Shown here piece after piece: positions 1-10,039 of a stretch of DNA of 52,931 nucleotides. The DNA comes from a virus (taxonomy: Duplodnaviria; Caudoviricetes). A program made the position numbers and the translations under genes. The notes under the pieces are model-generated. The model worked only from the letters and a program-made list of their open reading frames with translations. It had not been told where the DNA came from and did no database searches. The stretch's first letter is position 1. Each line of letters starts with the position of its first letter. The DNA is taken from IMG/VR virus record IMGVR_UViG_3300025849_000049, positions 1-52,931 of that record. One strand, written 5' to 3'.

Positions 1-700
1 GTTTTTTATCAGGCCTATATAAGACACCATGAAAAAGACAAGCGGCAAGGGCTGGCAAGCTGGCAAGGCGTGGCGGGTGTATTGTGTAACAATATCAAGG
101 GGATAGGGGGTATTGTGAGTATTTGATAGGGCTGGGGATATGGCCTCAAATGATGCAAAGATAAGCCGCAAGCCCTTAGAATATGGGGATTTATGGGGAT
201 TCTGTGGATAAAATGCACTAAAGGGGTTTACATTCTGGAGAATCTCTGATATTCTGGCAGGTTTGGCTTTGACCCCCACCCAAAAAAATACACACACATC
301 TATATATATAATATGGTAGTGACATAAATTGAGAATTTTAAAAAGGTATATCATACTTGGCAGAATCTGGCAGGGGGCTTGTCTATTTAGACCCCCCACC
401 CTTTGTCTGGGAAAGACACACAGCAAAACACTCCAGATAAAATTTATAATTTTTACCAGGTTGTTCATAATATTAATTTTGGGGCGGGGCCTCCGAGGTG
501 GTATGTAAATACAAGTTGTGTATAAAGTATGTCCAAGGTATAATACATAGAGTCGGAAGACATTAAAGCAGAGGCGGGGCCTGGGAGGTTATATATTGTA
601 CCTCCGAACTTTAAAGTAAAGATAGTTTAGCATGGAACTGCTACTGACACAATACCACTTAATGATATTAGCATATCACATATTGTTACAACTATGTAAC
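1..700. other. Non-coding terminal/intergenic region upstream of terL
   Basis: No credible ORF; G-runs and short degenerate direct repeats; lies at the outer end of the late arm. Confidence 0.7.
516..544 (+). promoter_or_regulatory. Sigma70-type promoter upstream of terL
   Basis: TTGTGT-N17-TATAAT. Confidence 0.55.
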
Positions 701-718
701 ATATCTAAAAGGATATAA

Positions 719-2260
719 ATGATTACTGAAGAAACTTTAAACTCAACAGAAACTCTCATGTCTTTTGAGGCCACCCTTGACAAGTATATTAAGTTAAAGT
801 CCAAGGAAGACCTGCTGACCTTTGTTAAGAAGACTGCACCTACACTGGTGACTGACTTCAAGATGGGCAGGCACATTGAGCTACTATGTGACAGGCTGCA
901 GAAGGTAGCCGATGGGGAGCTAAAGAGACTTATGGTCTTTCTACCGCCTCGTAGTTCCAAGAGTTTAATTACCAGTAAAATCTTCCCAGCATGGTATATG
1001 GGCAGAGAACCCAACCACGAGATTATGTCTGTGTCCCACAGTGACCAGCTTGCCAGTGATTTTGGACGTAGCGTGAGGGACATTGTAAATACAGAAGCCT
1101 TTCAGAAAACATTCAAGGGTGTCCAGCTTAGAGCAGATGCCAAGGCTGCAGGCAAGTGGAAGACAAACCAGAATGGTTCTTACTATGCAGCTGGTGTCCG
1201 TTCACAGATTGCTGGACGTGGTGCGCACTTAGCCCTGCTGGATGATGTGATGTCTGAAGAAGATTCTTTCTCAGAGGCAGGCCGTAGGTATATCAAGGAC
1301 TGGTGGCCATCGGGTCTACGTACACGTCTCATGCCGAATGGTGCCATTATTATTATCAACACGAGGTATCACTATGACGACCTGTGTGGTTGGCTATTAA
1401 AGCAAGAGTCAGACATCTCTGGTATCCCTTGGGAAGTAATTAGTATCCCTGCTTGGCTAGATGAAACATCAGCAGAGCTACTAGGGTTGCCTGAAGGTTC
1501 TTCATACTTCCCTGAGTGGAAGCCAGATGAGGTACTGCAGCTGGATGAGCGAGAGATTAGAGCAAGTAACGGGAGTAGATACTGGGATGCGCTATACATG
1601 CAGAACCCGTCACCAGACGAAGGCGGGATTATTAAAAAGAAATGGTTTCAGTGGTGGGAGTACGAAGACCCGCCGCACTGTGAGTTTGTTATCCAGACGT
1701 ATGACACAGCCTTCTCTACTAAGAAGACGGCTGACTACAGTGTCATCCAGACCTGGGGCATCTTTCACCAAGCAGAGCGTGACGAGTATGGCGGTGAGTA
1801 CACCATCGCAAACCTTATCCTTCTCGGAAATGTTAAGGAAAGGTTTGAATATCCCGACCTGCGCAGAACGGCACAATACTTATACCAGAAGCACCGCCCT
1901 GATGTTTGCATCATCGAGAAGAAAGCCTCTGGTCAGTCGCTGTTGCAGGACATGAGACTTGCTGGTCTGCCAGTGCTGGACTATCTGCCTGACAGGGACA
2001 AGGTGTCTCGTGTCTATGCTGCAACGCCTCTTATGGAATCGGGTCGTGTCTACATCCCGAAGGGTAAGGAGTGGGCGAAGGATTTATTTGACGAAGCACT
2101 AGCCTTTCCCAATGGCGCACACGATGACCAAGTCGATGCAATGACTATGGCCATCCACTACATGCGTGACTCTTGGCATGTGTCTCACGACGAAGACCCA
2201 AGCTGGGAAGACGATTATAATCCAAGAAGACAAAAGAGGGTTGGATACTGGCGTACTTAA
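719..2260 (+). CDS. terL: Terminase large subunit
   Basis: Walker A-like LPPRSSKS, Walker B LALLDD, nuclease motifs QTYDTAF and HDDQVDA; upstream of portal. Confidence 0.95.
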   Translation: MITEETLNSTETLMSFEATLDKYIKLKSKEDLLTFVKKTAPTLVTDFKMGRHIELLCDRLQKVADGELKRLMVFLPPRSSKSLITSKIFPAWYMGREPNHEIMSVSHSDQLASDFGRSVRDIVNTEAFQKTFKGVQLRADAKAAGKWKTNQNGSYYAAGVRSQIAGRGAHLALLDDVMSEEDSFSEAGRRYIKDWWPSGLRTRLMPNGAIIIINTRYHYDDLCGWLLKQESDISGIPWEVISIPAWLDETSAELLGLPEGSSYFPEWKPDEVLQLDEREIRASNGSRYWDALYMQNPSPDEGGIIKKKWFQWWEYEDPPHCEFVIQTYDTAFSTKKTADYSVIQTWGIFHQAERDEYGGEYTIANLILLGNVKERFEYPDLRRTAQYLYQKHRPDVCIIEKKASGQSLLQDMRLAGLPVLDYLPDRDKVSRVYAATPLMESGRVYIPKGKEWAKDLFDEALAFPNGAHDDQVDAMTMAIHYMRDSWHVSHDEDPSWEDDYNPRRQKRVGYWRT

Positions 2261-2269
2261 GTGTATAAT
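2241..2269 (+). promoter_or_regulatory. Sigma70-type promoter overlapping the terL 3' end
   Basis: TTGGAT-N17-TATAAT. Confidence 0.55.
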
Positions 2270-2323
2270 AGGCTCAACATGCTTATTAGCAAATTGTCAG
2301 GAATTAAATAAGGAGTAAATAAA

Positions 2324-2623
2324 ATGGTTAAGCCTACTAAACCTTCAAAAAAACCTCTTTCATCAAAAAAGACTAAGGGAAGAAAAAGAACTACGGGTGA
2401 AAAAGTAAGTGACTTTATTGCCGATTCAACTATTCCTTTAGCATATACTATTGCCGCAGGAATGGACGACCCTAAACAAAAAGTAATAGATGTATATAAA
2501 AGAGGTAAGGAAGTTGCTGCCGATAGAAGAAAAAAACTTGACAAAGAAAGAGGAACTGTTTCAAGAAAGACTGGCGGCAGTGTAGCTAAGAAAAAACAAT
2601 CAGGACACAACAGACTTTATTAA
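2324..2623 (+). CDS. Small basic protein ending in SGHNRLY
   Basis: AAGGAG SD; Lys/Arg-rich; C-terminus shared with 11100 and 11912 ORFs. Confidence 0.8.
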   Translation: MVKPTKPSKKPLSSKKTKGRKRTTGEKVSDFIADSTIPLAYTIAAGMDDPKQKVIDVYKRGKEVAADRRKKLDKERGTVSRKTGGSVAKKKQSGHNRLY

Positions 2624-2640
2624 ATAGGAAACAAAAGTAA

Positions 2641-5151
2641 ATGGCAACTGAACGTAATCCATACGACCTATCAGACAAATCAAAAGAATCGGGCATTGAT
2701 ATGAACATCGAAGACATTACGTCTGCCGATGCCATTATCTCTGTTGACCCTGAAACTGGAGAGATTGAGGTAGACCTTGAAGGCACAGCAGGTGAAGTAG
2801 AAATAGAACTTACCCTTGGTGACAACGAGGGTTTCTTTGAAAACCTTGTAGATTTAATTGACGAGGATACGCTATCTGAAATTGGAAACACAGTGATTGA
2901 TAAGTTCAATGCTGACAAAGACTCTCGCTCTGAGTGGGAATCAATGTTCGAGCGTGGCTTTGAACTTCTTGGTCTTAAGCTAGAAGATACAACGGAACCG
3001 TTTGAAGGTGCAGCCACTGCAGTACATCCACTGTTGATTGAGTCTGCTGTCAAGTTCCAAGCCAAAGCCTCTACCGAGTTGTTCCCCGCCAAAGGCCCAG
3101 TTAAGGCTCAGGTGTTAGGTGATGCAACCTTAGAGAAACAACAACAAGCAAACCGTGTACAAAACTTTATGAACTATCAGGTCACAACACAGATGCCTGA
3201 ATACTATGACGAGTTTGAGCGTATGCTTTTCCACTTACCACTTATTGGTTCTGCGTTTAAAAAGGTTTATTATGATGCAAGTCTTGACCGTCCTGTTAGC
3301 GAGTTTGTGCCTATTGACCAGTTTTATGTTTCTTACTATGCGACTGACCTTCGTAGAGCAGACCGTTACACTCATGTTATATATCGCAGTCCTGTGGACT
3401 TGGCTAGGCAGATAGATGCTGGAATGTATGCAGACATAGAGCTGCCTACAGCTGGTATTCCTACACTATCAGGCATGGCCGAAAAGATGGACAGTGTTCT
3501 TGGCTTGTCTCCTGCTTCAGACAATGACCCACAGTATGTATTGCTTGAACAACATTGCTACTTAGAGATTGAAGAAGACAAGATGCACTCAGGTAAAGTT
3601 GCCTGCCCTTACATTGTAACAGTAGAAGAAACCACTGGTGCTGTATTGTCTATCCGCCGCAACTGGGAAGAAGGAGACGATAAGTATGTCAAGAAAATGC
3701 ACTTCACGCACTACAGATATGTTCCTGGTTTTGGTTTTTACGGCTTGGGTCTTATTCACTTCCTTGGTAATCTTACTATGTCTGCTACTGCTGCAATGCG
3801 TAGCCTACTTGATGCTGGCCAGTTCGCTAACTTACCAGGGGGTTTCAAAGCTAAGGGCGTCCGTATGGTCGGAGATAACGACCCTATTGCGCCAGGGGAA
3901 TTTAAAGAAGTAGAAGCAACAGGCATGGACTTGTCTAAGTCTATTATCCCGCTTCCGTTTAAGGAACCATCGCAGACTCTGTTCAACATGCTTACCTTTG
4001 TAACGCAGACAGGTCAGAAGTTTGCTGACAGCACCGAACAAGTAATCGCAGACAGCGGAGGCTATGGTCCCGTTGGAACAACCTTGGCATTGTTAGAAGC
4101 TTCAAGTAAGTTCTTCTCTTCAATTCATAAGAGACTACACAAGGCACAGGGAGACGAGTTTAAAATCTTGGCTCGTATTGACTACGAGTATCTGCCGCCT
4201 GAATATCCTTATGACCTTCCTGGAGTTTCCGAAAAGATTCTTAAGAAAGACTTTGATGGCCGTGTAGATATTGTACCAGTGTCTGACCCTAACATTCCTT
4301 CGAATGCTCAGCGCATGATGCTTATTCAAATGGTACAGAATATTGCTCAACAATCAGAGCCAGGTATGTTTGACATGGAAGCTATTAACCGTATGCTTCT
4401 AACAACAGCTAATGTCCCCGACATTGATACACTGATGCCTCGCAAAGACGAGGCACAACCTCAAGACCCAATGACTGATATCTTGGCTGTGTCTCAGAAC
4501 AAACCAATTCAAGCCTTTATAGGTCAGAACCACGATGCACATATTTCGTTCAAGGGAGCTTTCTTACAAGACCCAGGCAATCAACAGAATCCATTCTTTA
4601 AGCAGATGGCTTCAGCCCTACAGGCTAACATTTCTGAGCATATGCTTCTGAAGTATAAAGGACAGATTGATGGCCTGTCTATGCAGGCGGCTCAGAATCC
4701 ACAGATAGCTGCTCAACTTTCTCAGATGCCTAATCCAGAAGAAATGGCAAACGCACAGGCTGCCCAGCAAATCATGCAGACAAACATGCAGATGGCTCAG
4801 GGAGGTGGCATGTCTCCTGAACAACAGATGCTTCAGATTGAAACACAGAAGCTACAAGTTGAACAACAAAAAAATCAAACCCAAGCCGCTAAGGCTCAGG
4901 TGGATGCTTCACTTAAGCAACGTGACCTTGACCTGAAAGAGCAAAAGATTGTTATTGATGCTCAAGAGGCAGGGATGCAGTCTAACATGAAAGCATATCA
5001 AAAGGAAGAAGACCGTAATTCTAAAAGAGCTTTAAAGGCTATGGACGTTCTGGCTGACTTAATTAAAACACAAGAAGCCAACGGCATTAAAGAAGTACAG
5101 CTTACTACTGATATGTTGAAGGCTATTATGAAGAGTGAGCAAGGTAACTAA
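2641..5151 (+). CDS. Portal protein with Gln-rich coiled-coil C-terminus
   Basis: 836 aa after terL; FYGLGLIH-type portal motif; long helical C-terminus like P22-type portal barrels. Confidence 0.9.
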   Translation: MATERNPYDLSDKSKESGIDMNIEDITSADAIISVDPETGEIEVDLEGTAGEVEIELTLGDNEGFFENLVDLIDEDTLSEIGNTVIDKFNADKDSRSEWESMFERGFELLGLKLEDTTEPFEGAATAVHPLLIESAVKFQAKASTELFPAKGPVKAQVLGDATLEKQQQANRVQNFMNYQVTTQMPEYYDEFERMLFHLPLIGSAFKKVYYDASLDRPVSEFVPIDQFYVSYYATDLRRADRYTHVIYRSPVDLARQIDAGMYADIELPTAGIPTLSGMAEKMDSVLGLSPASDNDPQYVLLEQHCYLEIEEDKMHSGKVACPYIVTVEETTGAVLSIRRNWEEGDDKYVKKMHFTHYRYVPGFGFYGLGLIHFLGNLTMSATAAMRSLLDAGQFANLPGGFKAKGVRMVGDNDPIAPGEFKEVEATGMDLSKSIIPLPFKEPSQTLFNMLTFVTQTGQKFADSTEQVIADSGGYGPVGTTLALLEASSKFFSSIHKRLHKAQGDEFKILARIDYEYLPPEYPYDLPGVSEKILKKDFDGRVDIVPVSDPNIPSNAQRMMLIQMVQNIAQQSEPGMFDMEAINRMLLTTANVPDIDTLMPRKDEAQPQDPMTDILAVSQNKPIQAFIGQNHDAHISFKGAFLQDPGNQQNPFFKQMASALQANISEHMLLKYKGQIDGLSMQAAQNPQIAAQLSQMPNPEEMANAQAAQQIMQTNMQMAQGGGMSPEQQMLQIETQKLQVEQQKNQTQAAKAQVDASLKQRDLDLKEQKIVIDAQEAGMQSNMKAYQKEEDRNSKRALKAMDVLADLIKTQEANGIKEVQLTTDMLKAIMKSEQGN

Positions 5152-5153
5152 TT

Positions 5154-5336
5154 TTGTTATACGAAGAATTAATTAAAGAACTTCAAAAAGAAATTGAAGG
5201 ATTGAAAAATTCGCTTGCATATGGGACAGCTTCAGACTATCCTATGTATAAGGAGGTGGTAGGTAATATTGCAGGGATTGAGAAATCAATTGGTATTATT
5301 AAAGACTATCTAACTAAATACATAGAAGAGGACTAG
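5154..5336 (+). CDS. Small hypothetical protein
   Basis: Fills the gap between portal and GroES; TTG start; helical. Confidence 0.7.
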   Translation: MLYEELIKELQKEIEGLKNSLAYGTASDYPMYKEVVGNIAGIEKSIGIIKDYLTKYIEED

Positions 5337-5340
5337 ACTA

Positions 5341-5748
5341 ATGCAAGCAGCATCTAATGCTATTAAAAATGACGAGTGGATTACAAATGACGATGTGCCT
5401 GACCCAACACCATTACCAGAAGTGCCAGGATACACTGTACTTGTCCGCCCTATCTCTGTTAAAGAGAAGACAAAGGGAGGTATTATTCTTCCTGACTCAA
5501 CCAAATCGGATATGGCTTATCTTACAACAGTTGGCCGTGTACTTAAGGTAGGAAGCGCCGCCTATCAAGACAGCAAGTTTGGCGACACTCCTTGGTGTAA
5601 AGAAGGAGACTACGTGTGTTATGGTAAACACGCTGGGAATAAATTTCTATACAAAGGTGTACAGCTGCTTCTTATTTTTGACGACGATGTCAAAATGGTA
5701 GTTGAAAGCCCAAAAGATTTAGACCCTACATTTAACCTATCAAATTAA
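5341..5748 (+). CDS. groES: GroES-like co-chaperonin
   Basis: VLVRP...EKTKGGIILPD mobile-loop motif, GRVLKVG, GDYV. Confidence 0.88.
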   Translation: MQAASNAIKNDEWITNDDVPDPTPLPEVPGYTVLVRPISVKEKTKGGIILPDSTKSDMAYLTTVGRVLKVGSAAYQDSKFGDTPWCKEGDYVCYGKHAGNKFLYKGVQLLLIFDDDVKMVVESPKDLDPTFNLSN

Positions 5749-5763
5749 TTTAGCGTGTTGCTA

Positions 5764-5792
5764 TTGTGACACGGTAGCTTATACTATATAAT
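5764..5792 (+). promoter_or_regulatory. Sigma70-type promoter for the scaffold-capsid operon
   Basis: TTGTGA-N17-TATAAT in an intergenic gap. Confidence 0.6.
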
Positions 5793-5851
5793 ATACTACA
5801 TCAGCGTTATTCGTCTAAGTTCGCTGAGGACGTTAAACAGGAGAAATACAA

Positions 5852-6865
5852 ATGGCAGAGACTGAATGGTCTACTATTACACCTGAACAAGGTGAATCCC
5901 CCGATAAAATTGAAATTGAAATTGAAGGCGCAGAAGAAGAAGTTGTATCTGCTGCACCAGAAGTAGAAGTTGAGAAGCAGGAAGAACCTGCTCCAACTGC
6001 AGAAGTAGAAGCTGAAGAAGCTACCGCCTCCGAAGAAGTGGAAGAGGAAGCACCAGCCAAAGAAGCAGAAACATCAGGCGCACAGAAGCGTATCCGTCAG
6101 CTGGTAAAACAGAAGAAGGAACGTGAAGCTCAGATTGAAGAACTGCTCCAAGCTCAGAAAGACATGCAGGTTAAACTGCAGCAGCGTGAAGAAGAATACG
6201 GTACTCTTCTAAACACAAACGTAGAATCTAATGAGCGTCAAGTTGCCGAAAGAATTGAACTTGCTAAGAGTGCCTATAAAGAAGCACTGGACAGCGGGGA
6301 ATCAGATAGAATTTTACAGGCGCAAGAATCACTTACTAATGCGCAGCAAGACAGCTACAATATTAAAACCTTTAAACAAGAGGCTGAATCTTTTAAGCCT
6401 GTTAACTTTGAGGAACAAGAGCAAGAGCTACCCGTTAATAAGGCTGCTGATAGAAAAGCACAGCATTGGGTAACAGAAAATGACTGGTTTAATAAAGACC
6501 GTGTCTTAACTGCTGCTGCTCTTGAGATTGATGCAGAGGTACAAAGTGAAGGCTTTGACCCTGCTGATGACGATTATTACGAGGAAATTAACCGCCGTAT
6601 GGCAGATACTTTCCCTAACAAATTCGGAACAACTACAGAAGAAGTAGCTGCCGATAAACCACGTACGAAGCCCACGTCAACGGCTTCTCAAGTAGTAGCT
6701 GGAGCCTCGCACACTTCAGCATCCCCGTCTAACAAGAAAGTTAAACTCTCTCAAGAAGACGTACGACTCGCACAAAAGTGGGGAATTACACTTGAACAGT
6801 ATGCCGCCGAAAAGCTGAAAGTAGAATCAGCTGGTGATGGTGAATATACAACAATTAACAGATAG
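5852..6865 (+). CDS. Probable capsid scaffolding protein
   Basis: Acidic N-terminus, coiled coil, C-terminal helix pair; upstream of MCP. Confidence 0.75.
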   Translation: MAETEWSTITPEQGESPDKIEIEIEGAEEEVVSAAPEVEVEKQEEPAPTAEVEAEEATASEEVEEEAPAKEAETSGAQKRIRQLVKQKKEREAQIEELLQAQKDMQVKLQQREEEYGTLLNTNVESNERQVAERIELAKSAYKEALDSGESDRILQAQESLTNAQQDSYNIKTFKQEAESFKPVNFEEQEQELPVNKAADRKAQHWVTENDWFNKDRVLTAAALEIDAEVQSEGFDPADDDYYEEINRRMADTFPNKFGTTTEEVAADKPRTKPTSTASQVVAGASHTSASPSNKKVKLSQEDVRLAQKWGITLEQYAAEKLKVESAGDGEYTTINR

Positions 6866-6887
6866 CTGCGAAAGGATACATATACTT

Positions 6888-7376
6888 ATGGCACGAAATA
6901 CCACACGTGAATCCCAGTCTCGTGAACTGGAAACAAGAGAAACAGAAGACTACGAATATGTCGAACCGAACCTTTTAGATATTCCACAGTTTGTTAACAA
7001 TAGATTTGACGAACAAGGAATGAAACTACGTTGGATACGCATCTCCCTTAAAGGTAAAGACGATTATACAAATGTTGGTAAGCGATTAGCTGAAGGCTGG
7101 GAGTTTGTTTCTCTCGACGAAGTACCTGAACTAGGCCACACCTCTATGGTTAGAGATGAAGGTCGTTACAGCGGTACTGTTTGCCGTGGGGACTTGGCTC
7201 TTGCCAAAATGCCCATCAAACGTGCAGAAGCACGGCAACGTCATTTTGAAGGGGCATCTGCCGAGATGGTGGACGCTGTTAACTCGCAACTTGAAAACGC
7301 AAGTGACAAAAAAATGCCTGTTCGAAACTCTAGTAAAACAAACGTAACCAGAGGACGTACACCCTCTTTTGATTAA
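6888..7376 (+). CDS. Hypothetical head-module protein
   Basis: Start moved to ATG 6888 (AAGGA SD); LRWIR...GWEFV motif. Confidence 0.75.
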   Translation: MARNTTRESQSRELETRETEDYEYVEPNLLDIPQFVNNRFDEQGMKLRWIRISLKGKDDYTNVGKRLAEGWEFVSLDEVPELGHTSMVRDEGRYSGTVCRGDLALAKMPIKRAEARQRHFEGASAEMVDAVNSQLENASDKKMPVRNSSKTNVTRGRTPSFD

Positions 7377-7431
7377 GAACAAGGTGCTACAGAGTCTGGC
7401 TACATGATTCACAACTTAGGAGATTAATAAA

Positions 7432-8022
7432 ATGACTACTAAACTAATTACTGGTATCACTCCTTCCCGTGTTCGTGGTAACTCGCCTCAGAGCAGTGGT
7501 GCAACTTCGTACCCAATCGCTTCTGGTGCTGGTGCAATGTATACAGGTACTCCTGTACGCTTGTCTGGCGGCTCACTAGTTCCACTCGTTACTTCGACTG
7601 AAATGCCTATTGGTACATTCCAAGGCTGCAGTTACGTAGCAGACGGGGAGCAATACTTTAAACCTTACTACTCTGGCGTATCGGCTTCCGATATTGTCGG
7701 TTTGGTAAACGACGACCCAAGTCAAACCTATATCATTAGCTCGGACACAACCGTTGCTGCTGGTATCGTTGGTAAAAACGTAGCAGCTTCGAACATTGCT
7801 GCTGGTTCTGCCTTTACTGGTCGTTCCACAATCACGGCTCTAACCACTGCAGGTAGTGTCGGAACTTCGGCTGCTGGCCTGTTCCGTGTTATCGGCGTTG
7901 TCGATGAGCCAGGTAACGCTGTTGGCGACCCATATACTCGTTTGGAAGTCCAAATGGGTGCTGTTAGCCAACAGAACTTCATTAACGTACTGGTAACAAC
8001 ACCAGTTACGGTAACCAACTAA
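7432..8022 (+). CDS. Probable capsid decoration/minor capsid protein
   Basis: Beta-type, Ser/Thr/Gly/Val-rich; directly upstream of MCP. Confidence 0.6.
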   Translation: MTTKLITGITPSRVRGNSPQSSGATSYPIASGAGAMYTGTPVRLSGGSLVPLVTSTEMPIGTFQGCSYVADGEQYFKPYYSGVSASDIVGLVNDDPSQTYIISSDTTVAAGIVGKNVAASNIAAGSAFTGRSTITALTTAGSVGTSAAGLFRVIGVVDEPGNAVGDPYTRLEVQMGAVSQQNFINVLVTTPVTVTN

Positions 8023-8037
8023 GGGAGATAATTAGAA

Positions 8038-8964
8038 ATGGCTATTAATAGAGGAAGTATTTCCAAAGAGCTGCTCCCAGGTCTGAACGCTGTATTTGGC
8101 GTTGAGTATGGAGAAGTATCCGATGAACACGCACCGTTGTTTGATGTTGAAAATTCAGACCGTGCATTTGAAGAAGAAGTTCTCTTCACAGGCTTCGGCT
8201 CGGCACCTGTAAAAGGTGAAGGCGCTGCTGTATCGTATGACGATGCCCAAGAAAGCTACACTGCTCGTTACACACACGAGACTGTTGCTCTTGGCTTTGC
8301 CATCACAGAAGAAGCAATGGAAGATAACTTGTATGATACGTTTGCTAAACTACGTGCCAAAGGTCTGGCCCGTGCAATGGCAAACACCAAACAAGTAAAA
8401 GCTGCTGATGTATTCAACAACGGCTTTAACGCTGCTTATGCAGGTGGTGACGGGGACGCATTGTTCTCGGCTTCGCACGCAACGATTGGCGATGGCGACC
8501 AAAGCAACTTGCTGGCCGCTGCTGACCTTTCGGAAGCATCGCTTGAGACTGCTTTGATTAGCATCTCGAAAATCAAAGATGACCGTGGTATCCTGATTGG
8601 TGCGCAAGCCGAAAGCCTGCACATTCCTTCGGACCTCGCATTCACTGCAGACCAGATTCTGAACTCTGCTTTGTCCACCACAATCGTTTCCGATTCGGGT
8701 GTAACAAATACGAATGACATCAACAGCATCCGTAACCAAGGACTTGTCCCTGGTGGGTTCTACGTGAACCGTCGCTTCACCGATACGAATGCTTTCTTCA
8801 TCAAGACTGATTGCCCGAATGGTGCGAAAATGTTCGTACGTTCGCCGCTTCAGACTAAGATGGAACCAGACTTCGACACTGGTAACCTTCGCTTTAAAGC
8901 TCGTGAGCGTTATAGCTTTGGTTGGTCAGACTGGAGAGGTTTCTTCGGTAACGCTGGTGCCTAG
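8038..8964 (+). CDS. Major capsid protein (HK97 fold)
   Basis: 308 aa; GFAITEEAMEDNLY and KARERYSFGWSDWRG motifs; followed by a terminator. Confidence 0.9.
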   Translation: MAINRGSISKELLPGLNAVFGVEYGEVSDEHAPLFDVENSDRAFEEEVLFTGFGSAPVKGEGAAVSYDDAQESYTARYTHETVALGFAITEEAMEDNLYDTFAKLRAKGLARAMANTKQVKAADVFNNGFNAAYAGGDGDALFSASHATIGDGDQSNLLAAADLSEASLETALISISKIKDDRGILIGAQAESLHIPSDLAFTADQILNSALSTTIVSDSGVTNTNDINSIRNQGLVPGGFYVNRRFTDTNAFFIKTDCPNGAKMFVRSPLQTKMEPDFDTGNLRFKARERYSFGWSDWRGFFGNAGA

Positions 8965-8994
8965 TCACTAGTCTACTGATAGACTAAAAAATAG

Positions 8995-9028
8995 AAGGGC
9001 GTGGGAGTTGTATCCTGCGCCCTTTTTT
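8995..9028 (+). terminator. Rho-independent terminator after MCP
   Basis: AAGGGCGTGGGA-gttgta-TCCTGCGCCCTT followed by a T run. Confidence 0.8.
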
Positions 9029-9036
9029 AGTATAAT
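9008..9036 (+). promoter_or_regulatory. Sigma70-type promoter overlapping the MCP terminator
   Basis: TTGTAT-N17-TATAAT. Confidence 0.6.
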
Positions 9037-9070
9037 AGGCACATCGAAGTTTATTATACAGGAGCAAATC

Positions 9071-9388
9071 ATGTCGGCAAATCTTAGGGTAGCATATGTT
9101 ACTTGTAATACTACACTGGTTAATACCGCTGTAGACACAGTTAGCGGTGTAGCGCTAAAAGGTACACGCATTAGAGGCGTCCATGCACAGGGTGTAGGTG
9201 AGTTTACTATCACTGGTACATCCGTAGATGCTTTTGGAAACTCAAATGGCGGTATTATTAAATTCACTAATACAACCAGTTCAGATGTAACAGAAGCTTA
9301 CCTTACAGACACAGGCGTCCGTATGGGTGGTACTGTTATTGTGCAATGTCCTACAGCAGGTTCAACGGTAACAATTTATTATGGCTAA
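9071..9388 (+). CDS. Hypothetical virion protein
   Basis: Start moved to ATG 9071 (AGGAG SD); Thr/Val-rich beta type. Confidence 0.7.
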   Translation: MSANLRVAYVTCNTTLVNTAVDTVSGVALKGTRIRGVHAQGVGEFTITGTSVDAFGNSNGGIIKFTNTTSSDVTEAYLTDTGVRMGGTVIVQCPTAGSTVTIYYG

Positions 9389-10037
9389 TTACACATACCT
9401 TGTAAACGATATTATTGAAGCGTCTGAGAATGATGGCACTGAATTTATTGCCTATATTCCTAAGATGGTTAATCGTGTCGAAGATAGAATGATAAAAGCT
9501 CTAGATGACTACGGGCTTGTAACTGTTACGTCAGTTGCCCTTTCTGCAGGTAAAAATACATTTGAACTACCTACAGGAGCAAAGGTTATTAAGAATATTC
9601 ACCTTAAAGACGCAGGCACTAAGATTGCTTTGCTTCAAAGAACAGACGAATTTATTAATGATTACTGGCCTGTAAGCGCCAGCACGGGAACGCCTAAGTA
9701 TTATGCCAGAAAAACCAACAGTAAGATTCTTTTTGCTCCTACTGCAAGCGCTACTTATGGCGGCTCTATTGTATACACAGTTAAGCCGCCTGCTTTAACC
9801 AGCGCTAATCAAAATAACTATTTCTCAGACGAATGCTATGATGCTTTATTTTATGGCTGCATGGTTGAGGCCACAAACTTTATGAAAAACTTTTCTGTTA
9901 CTCCTGTGTATCAAGAACAACATAAAAATGCAATGGACTTACTGAGAAACCAAGCTAGAAGAACACGCCGTGACGATATGGAAGATAACTCTTCCCCAGC
10001 AGGCGGCGACAACACATTAACTCCAGGAGGAAACTAA
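9381..10037 (+). CDS. Putative head-tail adaptor
   Basis: Position and size; GTPKYYA motif parallels GRPTQFA in the 12089 ORF. Confidence 0.55.
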   Translation: MANYTYLVNDIIEASENDGTEFIAYIPKMVNRVEDRMIKALDDYGLVTVTSVALSAGKNTFELPTGAKVIKNIHLKDAGTKIALLQRTDEFINDYWPVSASTGTPKYYARKTNSKILFAPTASATYGGSIVYTVKPPALTSANQNNYFSDECYDALFYGCMVEATNFMKNFSVTPVYQEQHKNAMDLLRNQARRTRRDDMEDNSSPAGGDNTLTPGGN

Positions 10038-10039
10038 AA

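Noticed and set aside
5801-5827. TCAGCG/CGCTGA hairpin in the scaffold leader
   Set aside because: Only 6 bp with a large loop; cannot be distinguished from chance without comparative data
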